Of a DNA stretch of 64,000 nucleotides, positions 37,775 to 46,358 are shown piece by piece. A program made the position numbers and the translations under genes. Below the pieces are notes generated by a model. That model was given only the letters and a program-made list of their open reading frames with translations, ran no database searches and was not told the DNA's origin. The stretch comes from an uncultured Actinomycetes bacterium (GTDB lineage: Bacteria > Actinomycetota > UBA4738 > HRBIN12): the NCBI GenBank assembly GCA_963775755.1, contig CAVZKB010000015.1, positions 131,127 to 195,126 of the forward strand, written 5' to 3'. The first letter of the stretch is position 1. The number at the start of each line of letters is the position of its first letter.

Positions 37775-38875
37775 GTGGCGAACGCTTCCACTCCGGAAGA
37801 AGATGGCGTGAACGTCGTCCGGATGTCCTCGTTCGACCGGCTGCCTTGGCGGCGGATGATCCTGGTGGGACTCTCCATCGCGATCGTGGTGTTCGTGGTC
37901 TGGGGCTCGTGGAAGACGCTGGACGCGAACGCGTATTCGGGTGCCGCTTGGCGGCAGTTCGTGATCCTCGGACTCGCGCAGGGCGCGATCCTCGCGCTCA
38001 TCGCGCTCGGTTACACGCTCGTCTACGGGATCCTCCGCATGATCAACTTCGCCCACGGCGAGGTGTTCATGGCCGGGGCGTTCGGGTCGTACTTCTTCGC
38101 GGATGCGTACACGAAGACCGGGTTCCTCGACCGGCACCCGATCCCGGCGCTCGGCATCTTGTTCCTCACCGCCATCATCACGTCGGTCGCGGTCGCGGTG
38201 TTGCTCGAGCGGATCGCATATCGCCCGCTCCGCAACGCCCCACGATTGGTGCCGTTGATCACCGCGATCGGAGCGTCGTTGTTCCTCCAGAACACCGCAC
38301 GGGGACTCTTCGGGACGCAGACGCGTGGATACACCAAGCCCCAGGTCCTGTCCGGCGATTGGACGATCTTCGGGATCGGCGTCGCGCGGATCCAGGTGAT
38401 CGTGTTCGTCGTTTCGGTCATCGCCATGATCGCGCTCCAGCTGTTCGTCTCGCGGACGAAGACGGGGAAATCGATGCGAGCGGTCGCCGAAGACCAAGAG
38501 ATCGCGAGCCTGATGGGGATCGACGTCGACCGGATCGTCGTCACCACGTTCGCGATCGGCGGCATCCTCGCAGGCATCGCCGGTGTCCTGTACGCCCTCA
38601 CGTTCGAGCAGGTCAACTTCATCATGGGGTTCCGGCCAGGGATCGCGGCGTTCACCGCTGCCGTCCTCGGCGGGATCGGCAGCATCAGCGGGGCGGCGCT
38701 CGGTGGATTCCTGCTCGGCCTCCTGCAATCGGTCGGACCGGCGCTGCTGCTGACCGGCATCGGCGTGCCGTCGCCGTTCCAGCTGAAGGACGTGGTGACG
38801 TTCGCCGTGCTGGTGCTGGTGCTGATCTTCCGGCCGGGGGGGCTGTTGGGCGCCGGCGGGTCGGAGAAGGTCTGA
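37775..38875 (+). CDS. livH: Branched-chain amino-acid ABC transporter permease
   Basis: 366 aa LivH family (...LIALGYTLVYGILRMINFAHGE...). Start may be the internal ATG 16 codons downstream of the listed start. Confidence 0.85.
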   Translation: MANASTPEEDGVNVVRMSSFDRLPWRRMILVGLSIAIVVFVVWGSWKTLDANAYSGAAWRQFVILGLAQGAILALIALGYTLVYGILRMINFAHGEVFMAGAFGSYFFADAYTKTGFLDRHPIPALGILFLTAIITSVAVAVLLERIAYRPLRNAPRLVPLITAIGASLFLQNTARGLFGTQTRGYTKPQVLSGDWTIFGIGVARIQVIVFVVSVIAMIALQLFVSRTKTGKSMRAVAEDQEIASLMGIDVDRIVVTTFAIGGILAGIAGVLYALTFEQVNFIMGFRPGIAAFTAAVLGGIGSISGAALGGFLLGLLQSVGPALLLTGIGVPSPFQLKDVVTFAVLVLVLIFRPGGLLGAGGSEKV

Positions 38876-40644
38876 TGTCGGTCCGACCGTCGGCCAAGGC
38901 CGGGCTCGTCGGGGGCGTCGTGACGTTGTTCATCGCCATGACCGGCCTGCTGGCCAAGGTTGCGGGGATCAACCTGATCGGCGATCAGGTCACGGGCGCC
39001 CGGGTCCTCCTGGCGTTGTCGCCGTTCGTGGCGGGGTACATCGCCGTCCGTCCTCGGGTCATCGCGGGCCGGGTCGAAGAGGCCTCGACGACGAGCGCAG
39101 CCACGTTCGGCGCGGTGGCGGGGCTCGCGGCGGGAGGGCTGGCGGCCGTCGCGCTGCTGTTCACCGACCGCTGGGGCGTCGATCGCATCCGGGCGATCTT
39201 CATCGAGGTCGATCCCGCGTTGCTGAAGATCATGGCGTTCGGAGCGAGCGTCGCCGTGGGCGCGGCGATCCTCGCGGCCGGCGGCGCGCTCGCGGGAGCC
39301 GCGGGCGGCGCGTTCCGAACCGTGATCCCGTCCGTCCGTCGTTCCGTGGGGACGGCGGTGGGTGTCACGTTCCTGGCCGGGCTCTTGCAGCGGATCATCC
39401 CTATCGCGCTGGTGCAGCTCGGCATCCGGGCCAATTGGCTCTACAGCCCGGCGACCGGCGGCCTGACATGGCTCGGCGCGTTCCTGACCCTGGTGGCGGC
39501 GTTCGGGGTCTCCTGGGTCTGGGCGCGACGAGGCGCGGCCGCGCGCGATTCGGTGCGTTCGATCGTCCGCGAGCGCCCCGCCGCCGGGATCGTGGTCGCG
39601 CTCATCGCCCTCGGGATCCTGATCACGATACCGCCGCTATTCGGCGCCGTGATCTCAGAGGTCCTCGGTACGGTGATGGTGTTCATGCTGCTCGGCATCG
39701 GTCTGAACATCGTCGTGGGGTATGCGGGACTGCTGGATCTGGGCTACGTCGCGTTCTATGGCTTCGGGGCGTACGCGACCGCCCTGCTCACCGGGGGAAC
39801 GTTGAACACGACGGCCGGCTCGGCGGCGCCGTCGTTCGGGATGCACCTGAACTTCTACGTCGCGATCCCGGTGGTCATCATGCTCGCGGCGGGGGTCGGT
39901 CTGCTGATCGGCGCTCCCGTGCTGCGCCTCCGCGGTGACTACCTCGCGATCGTCACGCTCGGCCTCGGCGAGATGGTTTCCATCCTGATCTCGTCCAACT
40001 GGTTCAAGCCTCTCGTCGGCGGGCCTCAGGGGATGCGGAACATCACGGATGCGGCGATCGCCGGTTTCTCGTTCCGCGATCCACAGCATTTCTTCTACCT
40101 CGCTCTGGGGTTCGTGGTGATCGCGGTGTTCGTCTCTTGGCGGCTGGCCAACTCCCGGATCGGACGGGCCTGGAACGCCATGCGCGAGGACGAGCAGGTC
40201 GCGGACGCGATGGGGATCAGTACGACCCGCTTCAAGCTCCTCGCGTTCGCCACGGGTGGCGCGGTGGGTTCGCTCGGAGGCGCGCTGTTCGCGGTGAAGA
40301 TCGGATCGCTGACGCCCGCGAGCTTCGAGATCATCGTCTCGATCACCGCACTCGCCATCGTGATCCTCGGCGGCATGGGGAGCATCCCCGGCGTCGTCGT
40401 CGGGGCGCTGGTCCTGATCGGCCTCCCGGGGCTGCTGCGTGAGTTCGAGGAGTATCGGCTGCTGATCTACGGCGGCGCGTTGGTCGCCATCATGGTGTTG
40501 CGCCCCCAGGGCCTCGTGCCGAACATCCGTCGGAGCCGCGAGCTCCAGGAGGAGGATCGCTCGCAGGACAAGTGGGCCGAGGATCTGGCAGCCGGCGAAG
40601 ACGTCGCGGCGGCGATCTCGCCGATCGGGGAGGGGAGCGGATGA
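38875..40644 (+). CDS. livM: Branched-chain amino-acid ABC transporter permease with N-terminal extension
   Basis: ORF 37846..40644 trimmed to the ATG at 38875 (MSVRPSAKAGLVGG...), overlapping the livH stop as ATGA. LivM core starts near residue 290 (GLNIVVGYAGLLDLGYVAFYGFGAY). The N-terminal ~290 aa are hydrophobic, with at least six additional predicted TM helices. Confidence 0.85.
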   Translation: MSVRPSAKAGLVGGVVTLFIAMTGLLAKVAGINLIGDQVTGARVLLALSPFVAGYIAVRPRVIAGRVEEASTTSAATFGAVAGLAAGGLAAVALLFTDRWGVDRIRAIFIEVDPALLKIMAFGASVAVGAAILAAGGALAGAAGGAFRTVIPSVRRSVGTAVGVTFLAGLLQRIIPIALVQLGIRANWLYSPATGGLTWLGAFLTLVAAFGVSWVWARRGAAARDSVRSIVRERPAAGIVVALIALGILITIPPLFGAVISEVLGTVMVFMLLGIGLNIVVGYAGLLDLGYVAFYGFGAYATALLTGGTLNTTAGSAAPSFGMHLNFYVAIPVVIMLAAGVGLLIGAPVLRLRGDYLAIVTLGLGEMVSILISSNWFKPLVGGPQGMRNITDAAIAGFSFRDPQHFFYLALGFVVIAVFVSWRLANSRIGRAWNAMREDEQVADAMGISTTRFKLLAFATGGAVGSLGGALFAVKIGSLTPASFEIIVSITALAIVILGGMGSIPGVVVGALVLIGLPGLLREFEEYRLLIYGGALVAIMVLRPQGLVPNIRRSRELQEEDRSQDKWAEDLAAGEDVAAAISPIGEGSG

Positions 40645-41426
40645 CGGAACCCCTGCTCGAGATCAAGCACCTCCGCAAGCAGTTCGGCGGTCTGTCGGCG
40701 CTCGCCGGTCTCGACATGCACGTGGATCCGGGCGAGATCCTCTCCGTGATCGGGCCGAACGGCGCGGGCAAGAGCACGCTGTTCAACGTCATCACCGGCC
40801 TCTACGAGCCCGACGGCGGCGACATCGTGTTCCAGGGCGAGAGCATCGTCGGCTTGCGTCCGCATCAGGTGGCGAAGCTCGGCATCGCCCGTACGTTCCA
40901 GAACGTCCACCTGTTCCCGAACATGACGGTGCTCGAGAACGCCATGGTGGGCCAGCACTGCAGATCGACCTCGGGGATCGTGGGCGCGGTCTTGCGGTTG
41001 CCGGGAACGCGACGTGAGGAGGAGCGCATCCGAGAGCGCGCCAAGGAGGCGCTGGACTTCTTCGGAAGCCGCTTGGCCGGCTACCGTCAGGAGCAGCCGG
41101 CCTTCTCCCTGTCCTATGCCAACCGGCGCAGGCTCGAGATGGCGCGCGCGATGGCGACCGACCCCGTCATCCTACTCCTCGATGAGCCGACGGCCGGGAT
41201 GAATCCGCGCGAGACGCTGGAGCTCCGCGACCACATCGTGCGGATGCGGGACGAGGTCGGCTTGACCGTTCTGGTGATCGAGCACGACATGCGTGTGGTC
41301 AAGGGCGTTTCCGACCGGGTTATCGCATGCGACTACGGTCAGAAGATCGGAGAGGGAACGTACGCGGAGGTCGCGCACAACGAACAGGTGATCGAGGCGT
41401 ATCTGGGCACGAAAGCGGTCGGGTGA
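40641..41426 (+). CDS. livG: Branched-chain amino-acid ABC transporter ATP-binding protein
   Basis: ORF 40572..41426 trimmed to the ATG at 40641 (MTEPLLEIKHLRKQFGG). Walker A GPNGAGKST. Signature motif LSYANRRRLEMARAMA. Overlaps livM as ATGA. Confidence 0.9.
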   Translation: MTEPLLEIKHLRKQFGGLSALAGLDMHVDPGEILSVIGPNGAGKSTLFNVITGLYEPDGGDIVFQGESIVGLRPHQVAKLGIARTFQNVHLFPNMTVLENAMVGQHCRSTSGIVGAVLRLPGTRREEERIRERAKEALDFFGSRLAGYRQEQPAFSLSYANRRRLEMARAMATDPVILLLDEPTAGMNPRETLELRDHIVRMRDEVGLTVLVIEHDMRVVKGVSDRVIACDYGQKIGEGTYAEVAHNEQVIEAYLGTKAVG

Positions 41427-42151
41427 ACGACGCCGCGAAGCCCATCCTCGAGTTGCGCAACGTCAGCACGCACTACGGGCTGGTCGCGGTCCTGCGCAAC
41501 GTGGACGTGCAGATCTACGAAGGGGAGATGGTCTGTCTCCTGGGGGGGAACGCGAGCGGCAAGACCACCACGCTCAAGACGATCCTCGGCTACGTGACGC
41601 CGAGCGAAGGGGAGGTGCTGCTGGACGGCGTCGTGGTGAGCGGCATGCCCACGATCGAGGTCGTCCGTCGTGGCGTGTCCATGGTTCCGGAGAATCGCCG
41701 CCTGTTCGCCGACATGACCGTGTCGGAGAACCTGGACCTGGGCGCGTACCAGCGTCGAGACCGGGCAGGCATCGCGGATGATCGCGAGCGTCTGATGGGG
41801 GTGTTCCCGCGCGTCCGAGAACGCTTGAAGCAGAAGGCCGGAACGCTCTCCGGCGGAGAGCAGCAGATGGTGGCGATGTGCCGGGCTCTGATGGCCAAGC
41901 CGAAGGTGCTGTTGATGGACGAGCCCTCCATGGGACTCGCGCCCGTGTTGGTCGACCAGGTGTTCGAGATCATCAAGCAGATCCGCGCGCTCGGCACGAC
42001 CATCTTCGTGGTCGAGCAGAACGCGAACATGGCGCTGTCCATCGCCGACCGCGGCTACGTGATCCAGACCGGTGAGGTCGTCCTGGCCGACACGGCCCAG
42101 AACCTGTTGGACAACCCGTTGATGCGGGAGGCGTACCTCGGGGAGCTGTGA
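41423..42151 (+). CDS. livF: Branched-chain amino-acid ABC transporter ATP-binding protein
   Basis: ORF 41327..42151 trimmed to the GTG at 41423 (VNDAAKPILELRNVSTHYG), overlapping the livG stop as GTGA. Walker A GGNASGKTT. Signature LSGGEQQMVAMCRAL. Confidence 0.85.
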   Translation: MNDAAKPILELRNVSTHYGLVAVLRNVDVQIYEGEMVCLLGGNASGKTTTLKTILGYVTPSEGEVLLDGVVVSGMPTIEVVRRGVSMVPENRRLFADMTVSENLDLGAYQRRDRAGIADDRERLMGVFPRVRERLKQKAGTLSGGEQQMVAMCRALMAKPKVLLMDEPSMGLAPVLVDQVFEIIKQIRALGTTIFVVEQNANMALSIADRGYVIQTGEVVLADTAQNLLDNPLMREAYLGEL

Positions 42152-43065
42152 TGCTGCTCCTTGATGCTGCGGAGGTGCGTCGGCGACTCTCGATGTCCTC
42201 AGCCATCGACGCGCTCGAGGCCGGCTTCGACGCTCAGGACCCCTCGGTCTCTCCGCCGCGTTCCCACGTGGAAACGCCGGCCGGTTCGCTGCTCCTGATG
42301 CCGGCGTTCGGCGAGGGCGGCGTCGGCGTGAAACTGGTCACGCTCACCCCGGACAACCCGAAGCGCCGTCTGCCGTTCATCGATGCCGTGTATGTGCTGT
42401 TCGACGCGGCGACCCAGACCGTCGAGGCGATCATCGACGGAGCCGCGCTCACGACGTTGCGTACCGCGGCGGTGTCCGGGCTGGCGACACGTCGTCTGGC
42501 CAACCCGGATGCCGAACGGCTGGTGATCTTCGGCGCTGGGGCTCAGGCGCGCGCACACCTGGAGGCGATGCTCGCCGTCCGGCAGATCCGAGACTTCACC
42601 GTCGTATCCCGAACGCGGCCGCGAGCGAAAGCGCTCGTCGAGGCCGCGCGTGAACACGGCGTCGCGGCGGAGATCGGGGGCGTGCAGGACGTTCACGAGG
42701 CCGACCTGGTCTGTACGTGTACGACCAGCGACGTGCCGCTCTTCGACGGATCGCTGCTCGCCCCGGGAGCGCATGTGAACGCCGTCGGCAGCTATCGGCC
42801 CACCGCTCGGGAGTTGGATGCCGCCACGCTCCAGCGCGCGCGCGTCGTCGTCGAGACGCGGGAGGCTGCATTCGCCGAAGCCGGAGAGCTCGCGATCCCG
42901 ATCGGCGAGGGCGCCTTCGGGCGTGACCACGTCATCGCGGATCTCGCCGAGGTGATGCACGGCGCCGACGTCCGAAGGACGCCCACGGATGTCACCGTGT
43001 TCAAGTCCGTCGGTCTGGCGTTCGAGGACCTGATCGTGGCTCGCGCCATCGTGGATGAGGCATGA
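42148..43065 (+). CDS. Ornithine cyclodeaminase/mu-crystallin-family NAD(P)-dependent enzyme
   Basis: 305 aa. Rossmann motif FGAGAQA. OCD family hallmarks (...ARELDAATLQRARVVVETREAA...DLAEV). Overlaps livF as ATGA. Confidence 0.85.
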   Translation: MMLLLDAAEVRRRLSMSSAIDALEAGFDAQDPSVSPPRSHVETPAGSLLLMPAFGEGGVGVKLVTLTPDNPKRRLPFIDAVYVLFDAATQTVEAIIDGAALTTLRTAAVSGLATRRLANPDAERLVIFGAGAQARAHLEAMLAVRQIRDFTVVSRTRPRAKALVEAAREHGVAAEIGGVQDVHEADLVCTCTTSDVPLFDGSLLAPGAHVNAVGSYRPTARELDAATLQRARVVVETREAAFAEAGELAIPIGEGAFGRDHVIADLAEVMHGADVRRTPTDVTVFKSVGLAFEDLIVARAIVDEA

Positions 43066-44220
43066 CGTCCCGCGCGACCGCCGACGTCGTCGTGGTCGGC
43101 GGTGGGGTGGTGGGCGTCAGCACGGCGTATCACCTGGCCGCGGCCGGGGTCGAGCACGTCGTCCTGCTCGAGCGGGCCGACGCCGTCGGCACCGGTTCCA
43201 CCGGGGCTTGCGCCGGTGGATTCCGCCACCAGTTCTCCAGCCGGATCAACATCGAGCTCTCACTCGCGAGCGTGCCCATGATCCTGGGCTTCACCGAGGA
43301 GCACGGCCTGCCGCTCGACGTCGTGCAGGACGGCTACCTCTTCCTGGTCCGCGATGCACACGACTGGGGCGACTTCCAGGCGGGGGCCGAGTTCCAGCGA
43401 TCGCTGGGGGTCGACACGCAGCTGTTGACGCCGGCAGCCGCCGAGGCGCTCGTCCCCGGGATCGCGATCGGCGATGTGATCGGGGCGACGTTCTGTCGCC
43501 GAGGACGGGATCGCCGATCCGGCGGGGATGACGCAGGGATACGCGACGCTTGCCCGGCGCGCCGGGGCCGACCTGCGTCTGGGTGTGGCCGCGATCGCCG
43601 TCGAGACCGAAGGCGACGCTGTCACTGGGGTCGTCACCGCCGACGGCGTGATCTCCACACCTGTCGTCGTGGACGCCGCAGGGCCGTGGGCCGGCCAACT
43701 CGCCGAGACCGCCGGCATACACCTTCCGCTGGAACCCATCCCACGGATGGTCGTGACGACGGGGGCGTTCCCCGGCGCCCCCTCGCGGCGGACGCTCGTG
43801 ATCGACGCCGCGACGTCGTACTACTTCCACAGGGAAGGGGACGGTGTACTCATGGGCATGGGCGGTCGCGATGAACGACCGTCGTTCAGCACCGACGTGG
43901 ACGTCCGCTTCATCGAGGAGGAGCTACTGCCGACGGCGATCGACGTGTTTCCGCCGGTCGAGCGGGCGGGACTCGCCAGCATGTGGGCGGGCCTCTACGA
44001 GATGACCCCGGATCGGCACCCGATCATCGGGGAGTCGCCCGTCGGCGGATTGTTCCTGGCCAACGGATTCAGCGGTCACGGGTTCCAGCACGCACCGGTG
44101 GTCGGCAAGCTCATCGCGGAGCTCGTGGTCGAGGGTGAGGCACGAACCGTCGATATCTCCTCGCTCGGGCTCGAACGGTTCGAGCGCGGCGACCTCGTCG
44201 TCGAGGGCCGCGTCGTCTGA
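43062..44220 (+). pseudogene. FAD-dependent oxidoreductase (DAO family), disrupted by a +1 frameshift
   Basis: ORF 43062..43874 has a proper N-terminus: FAD-binding VVVGGGVVGVSTAYHLA ... IGATFC, then Arg-rich nonsense. ORF 43528..44220 in the +1 phase encodes the matching C-terminus (...AEDGIADPAGMTQGYATLARRAG...GFSGHGFQHAPVVG...). The two phases join at 43494-43500 (ttc tgt c gcc gag). Removing one nt restores the continuous reading ...GATFC(P/A)EDGIADPAG.... Confidence 0.7.
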
Positions 44221-44221
44221 G

Positions 44222-44305
44222 TGCCGGGAGAGGGGGTCGAACCCTCACGGGCCGAAGCCCACGGGATTTTGAGTCCCGCGCGTCTGCCAGTTCCGCCATC
44301 CCGGC
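44222..44305 (-). tRNA. tRNA-Leu (anticodon CAA), long variable arm, CCA not encoded
   Basis: Minus-strand fold: acceptor GCCGGGA/TCCCGGC (7 bp), D-arm, anticodon stem CGGGA/TCCCG with loop CUCAAAA (anticodon CAA), 15-nt variable arm TGGGCTTCGGCCCGT, T-arm GAGGG-TTCGACC-CCCTC, discriminator A. The 3' end lies 1 nt from the upstream gene's TGA. Confidence 0.8.
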
Positions 44306-44364
44306 GCGGCCCTAGACTACCCACCCGTCCGCGCGTTCCCGTGTGCGTGGCGACCCGAACCGAC

Positions 44365-46254
44365 ATGAGCCGACGCCCCTCGACCGCCGCCGTTCTGGTC
44401 GCCCTGGTCGCGACCCTGGCCTCCGCGTGCACGGGCGGGTCCGGAGAGCCGTCTGCCGCTCCCGATCCCGTGCCCGTGAAGATCGCGTTCCTACACGACA
44501 CGTCCGTCCCCGGCTCGGCGCAGGTGGTGGACCCCGCGCTCCTCGGCGTAGAGCTCGCGCTCCAGGAGGCGGTCGACCGCGGAGATCTGCCGGTCGTCCC
44601 CGAGGTGGTGGGGCTGGACGTCGAAGGAGACGACTCGAAGGCGAACGAGCTCGCGCAAGAGGTGGCGGACGATCCGTCCTACGTGGCGGCGGTGATCGGT
44701 CCGTTCTGGTCGGAGCCGGCCTCCGTCGGCGATCTGCTTGATGCCGCGGGTGTCCCGACGATCAGTCTGTCCGAGACGGATCCCACGCTTGCCACCCACG
44801 GATGGTCGTCGTGGTGGCGGGCGGTCGCCGGCGCGTCCCACGAGACCGCGGCGATGTCGGCCGCGATCCGGGGATCGTCCCGGTCGGTCGGTGGCACGTG
44901 CCTCGTGGGTGACGGGTCGAGCCTTTCCGGGACCTTCGCCGATCTGCTGACCGCCGACCTCGGCGCCGCGCGGGTCGTGACGACGGCGGAGCTCCCGGAC
45001 GAAGACTCCCTCGCAGGTGTCGTCCAGCGTCTCGATCGTGCCGGATGCGGCACGATCGCGTGGACCGGGTTCGGCCCCGGAGCGACGCTGTTGCGCACGG
45101 GGCTCTCGGAGGCGGGCGACGGCGCCGTTCCGCTCGTGGGGTCGTCCGCGATGAAGACCGAGTCCTACCTGTCCACGACGGACGGCGCGGGCGACGGCAC
45201 GCTGGTCGCGTGCGCGTGCGTCGACCTGGGATCGTCCACAAGGCTGGAGGCCCGCCGATTCATCCACGACTTCCAGTCGATGTACGGATCACCTCCCGGC
45301 GTCTTCGGCCCGGAGGGCTGGGATGTCGGAGGGATGTTGCTCGCGGCCTTCCGTTCGGGCGCCGAGGATCGCCGGGCGGTCGCGCAGGCTCTTCAGGCGT
45401 CGGACGGCTACGACGGTCTCGCGAATACGTACCGATTCGCCGACGACGGGGAGCTCACCGCCGATCCCGCCGCGGCGCACGTGTTCAGGGCCGAAGGGGT
45501 CCGGTGGGTCGCCGTCGGTCAGGGGGCGGGGGAGGAGCCGCTGCCGGTGGGAACCCCCGGCTATCTGTCCGTCGCCGCGTGTCGCAAGGGTCGCCCGCAC
45601 GCCTACCCGGTGGGAGGACGGCTCACGGGCTTCGACGTCGAGCTCGCCGATGCGATCGCTCGCCGGCTCGGGCTGACGCTCGCGTGGCGAGACCTCCCGT
45701 GCCCGGCCGCGCTGCGTGACGTGGCGAACGGCTCGATCGACGCGGTCCTGGCCCCGGCCGCCGACGTGCCCCAGGGAACACCGACCTCGGGCATCGCGCT
45801 CAGCGTGCACGTCGCGCTCGTCACCACGAGGGCGCACTCGCACGATCAGGGGGCGACGCTGCTCGATCGGTTGGGACCACGAGACGTGGTGGCCGTCGTC
45901 CGTTCGCCGGAGACGGTCCCATGGGCGAACGATGCCGTGCGCCCGACGGGAGCGGAGGTGCGGACCATGTCCGACCGACGCGCGGCCTACGACGCGCTCG
46001 TGGCCGGAACGGTCACGGTCGTCGCCGACGCGGAGCCGGACGCCTGGGCGGCGATCGAACGGAGGCCCTCCCTGCGCGTGGCCCAGAGCATCGACGTCGG
46101 TGCCCACGATGTCTTCGTGGGCAAGGGCCCCGACGCCCGTGTGGTCGCAGCGATCGGCGCGGCGCTGGCGCGGTTGATCCGCGTCGGACGCTACGGCCTG
46201 CTGTTCGCGAAGTACTTCCCGGGAACGTCCGTGCCCGCCGAGACCGGGACCTAA
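44365..46254 (+). CDS. Lipoprotein fusing a type I (LivK-like, Peripla_BP_6) and a type II (SBP_bac_3, polar amino-acid) substrate-binding domain
   Basis: ORF 44221..46254 trimmed to the ATG at 44365 (MSRRPSTAAVLVALVATLASAC, lipobox LASAC). Residues ~40-400 resemble LivK-type binding proteins. Residues ~400-630 carry SBP_bac_3 hallmarks (GFDVELADAIARRLGL..., ...VVADAEPDAWAA...). The listed 5' 48 codons overlap the tRNA and are non-coding. Confidence 0.75.
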   Translation: MSRRPSTAAVLVALVATLASACTGGSGEPSAAPDPVPVKIAFLHDTSVPGSAQVVDPALLGVELALQEAVDRGDLPVVPEVVGLDVEGDDSKANELAQEVADDPSYVAAVIGPFWSEPASVGDLLDAAGVPTISLSETDPTLATHGWSSWWRAVAGASHETAAMSAAIRGSSRSVGGTCLVGDGSSLSGTFADLLTADLGAARVVTTAELPDEDSLAGVVQRLDRAGCGTIAWTGFGPGATLLRTGLSEAGDGAVPLVGSSAMKTESYLSTTDGAGDGTLVACACVDLGSSTRLEARRFIHDFQSMYGSPPGVFGPEGWDVGGMLLAAFRSGAEDRRAVAQALQASDGYDGLANTYRFADDGELTADPAAAHVFRAEGVRWVAVGQGAGEEPLPVGTPGYLSVAACRKGRPHAYPVGGRLTGFDVELADAIARRLGLTLAWRDLPCPAALRDVANGSIDAVLAPAADVPQGTPTSGIALSVHVALVTTRAHSHDQGATLLDRLGPRDVVAVVRSPETVPWANDAVRPTGAEVRTMSDRRAAYDALVAGTVTVVADAEPDAWAAIERRPSLRVAQSIDVGAHDVFVGKGPDARVVAAIGAALARLIRVGRYGLLFAKYFPGTSVPAETGT

Positions 46255-46358
46255 CCGAGACGCCATGCTTCCGGGTTGGATTGCCCGAGGGGAGACACCC
46301 TCTTATAGTTCGGAACGATGGGAGGGGGCTTTTCGGGTCTCCCCCGGAAGGAGGAGCC

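Noticed and set aside
37846-40644. 932-aa ORF suggesting a giant LivM
   Set aside because: The first 343 codons overlap livH out of phase. LivM starts at the ATG overlapping the livH stop.
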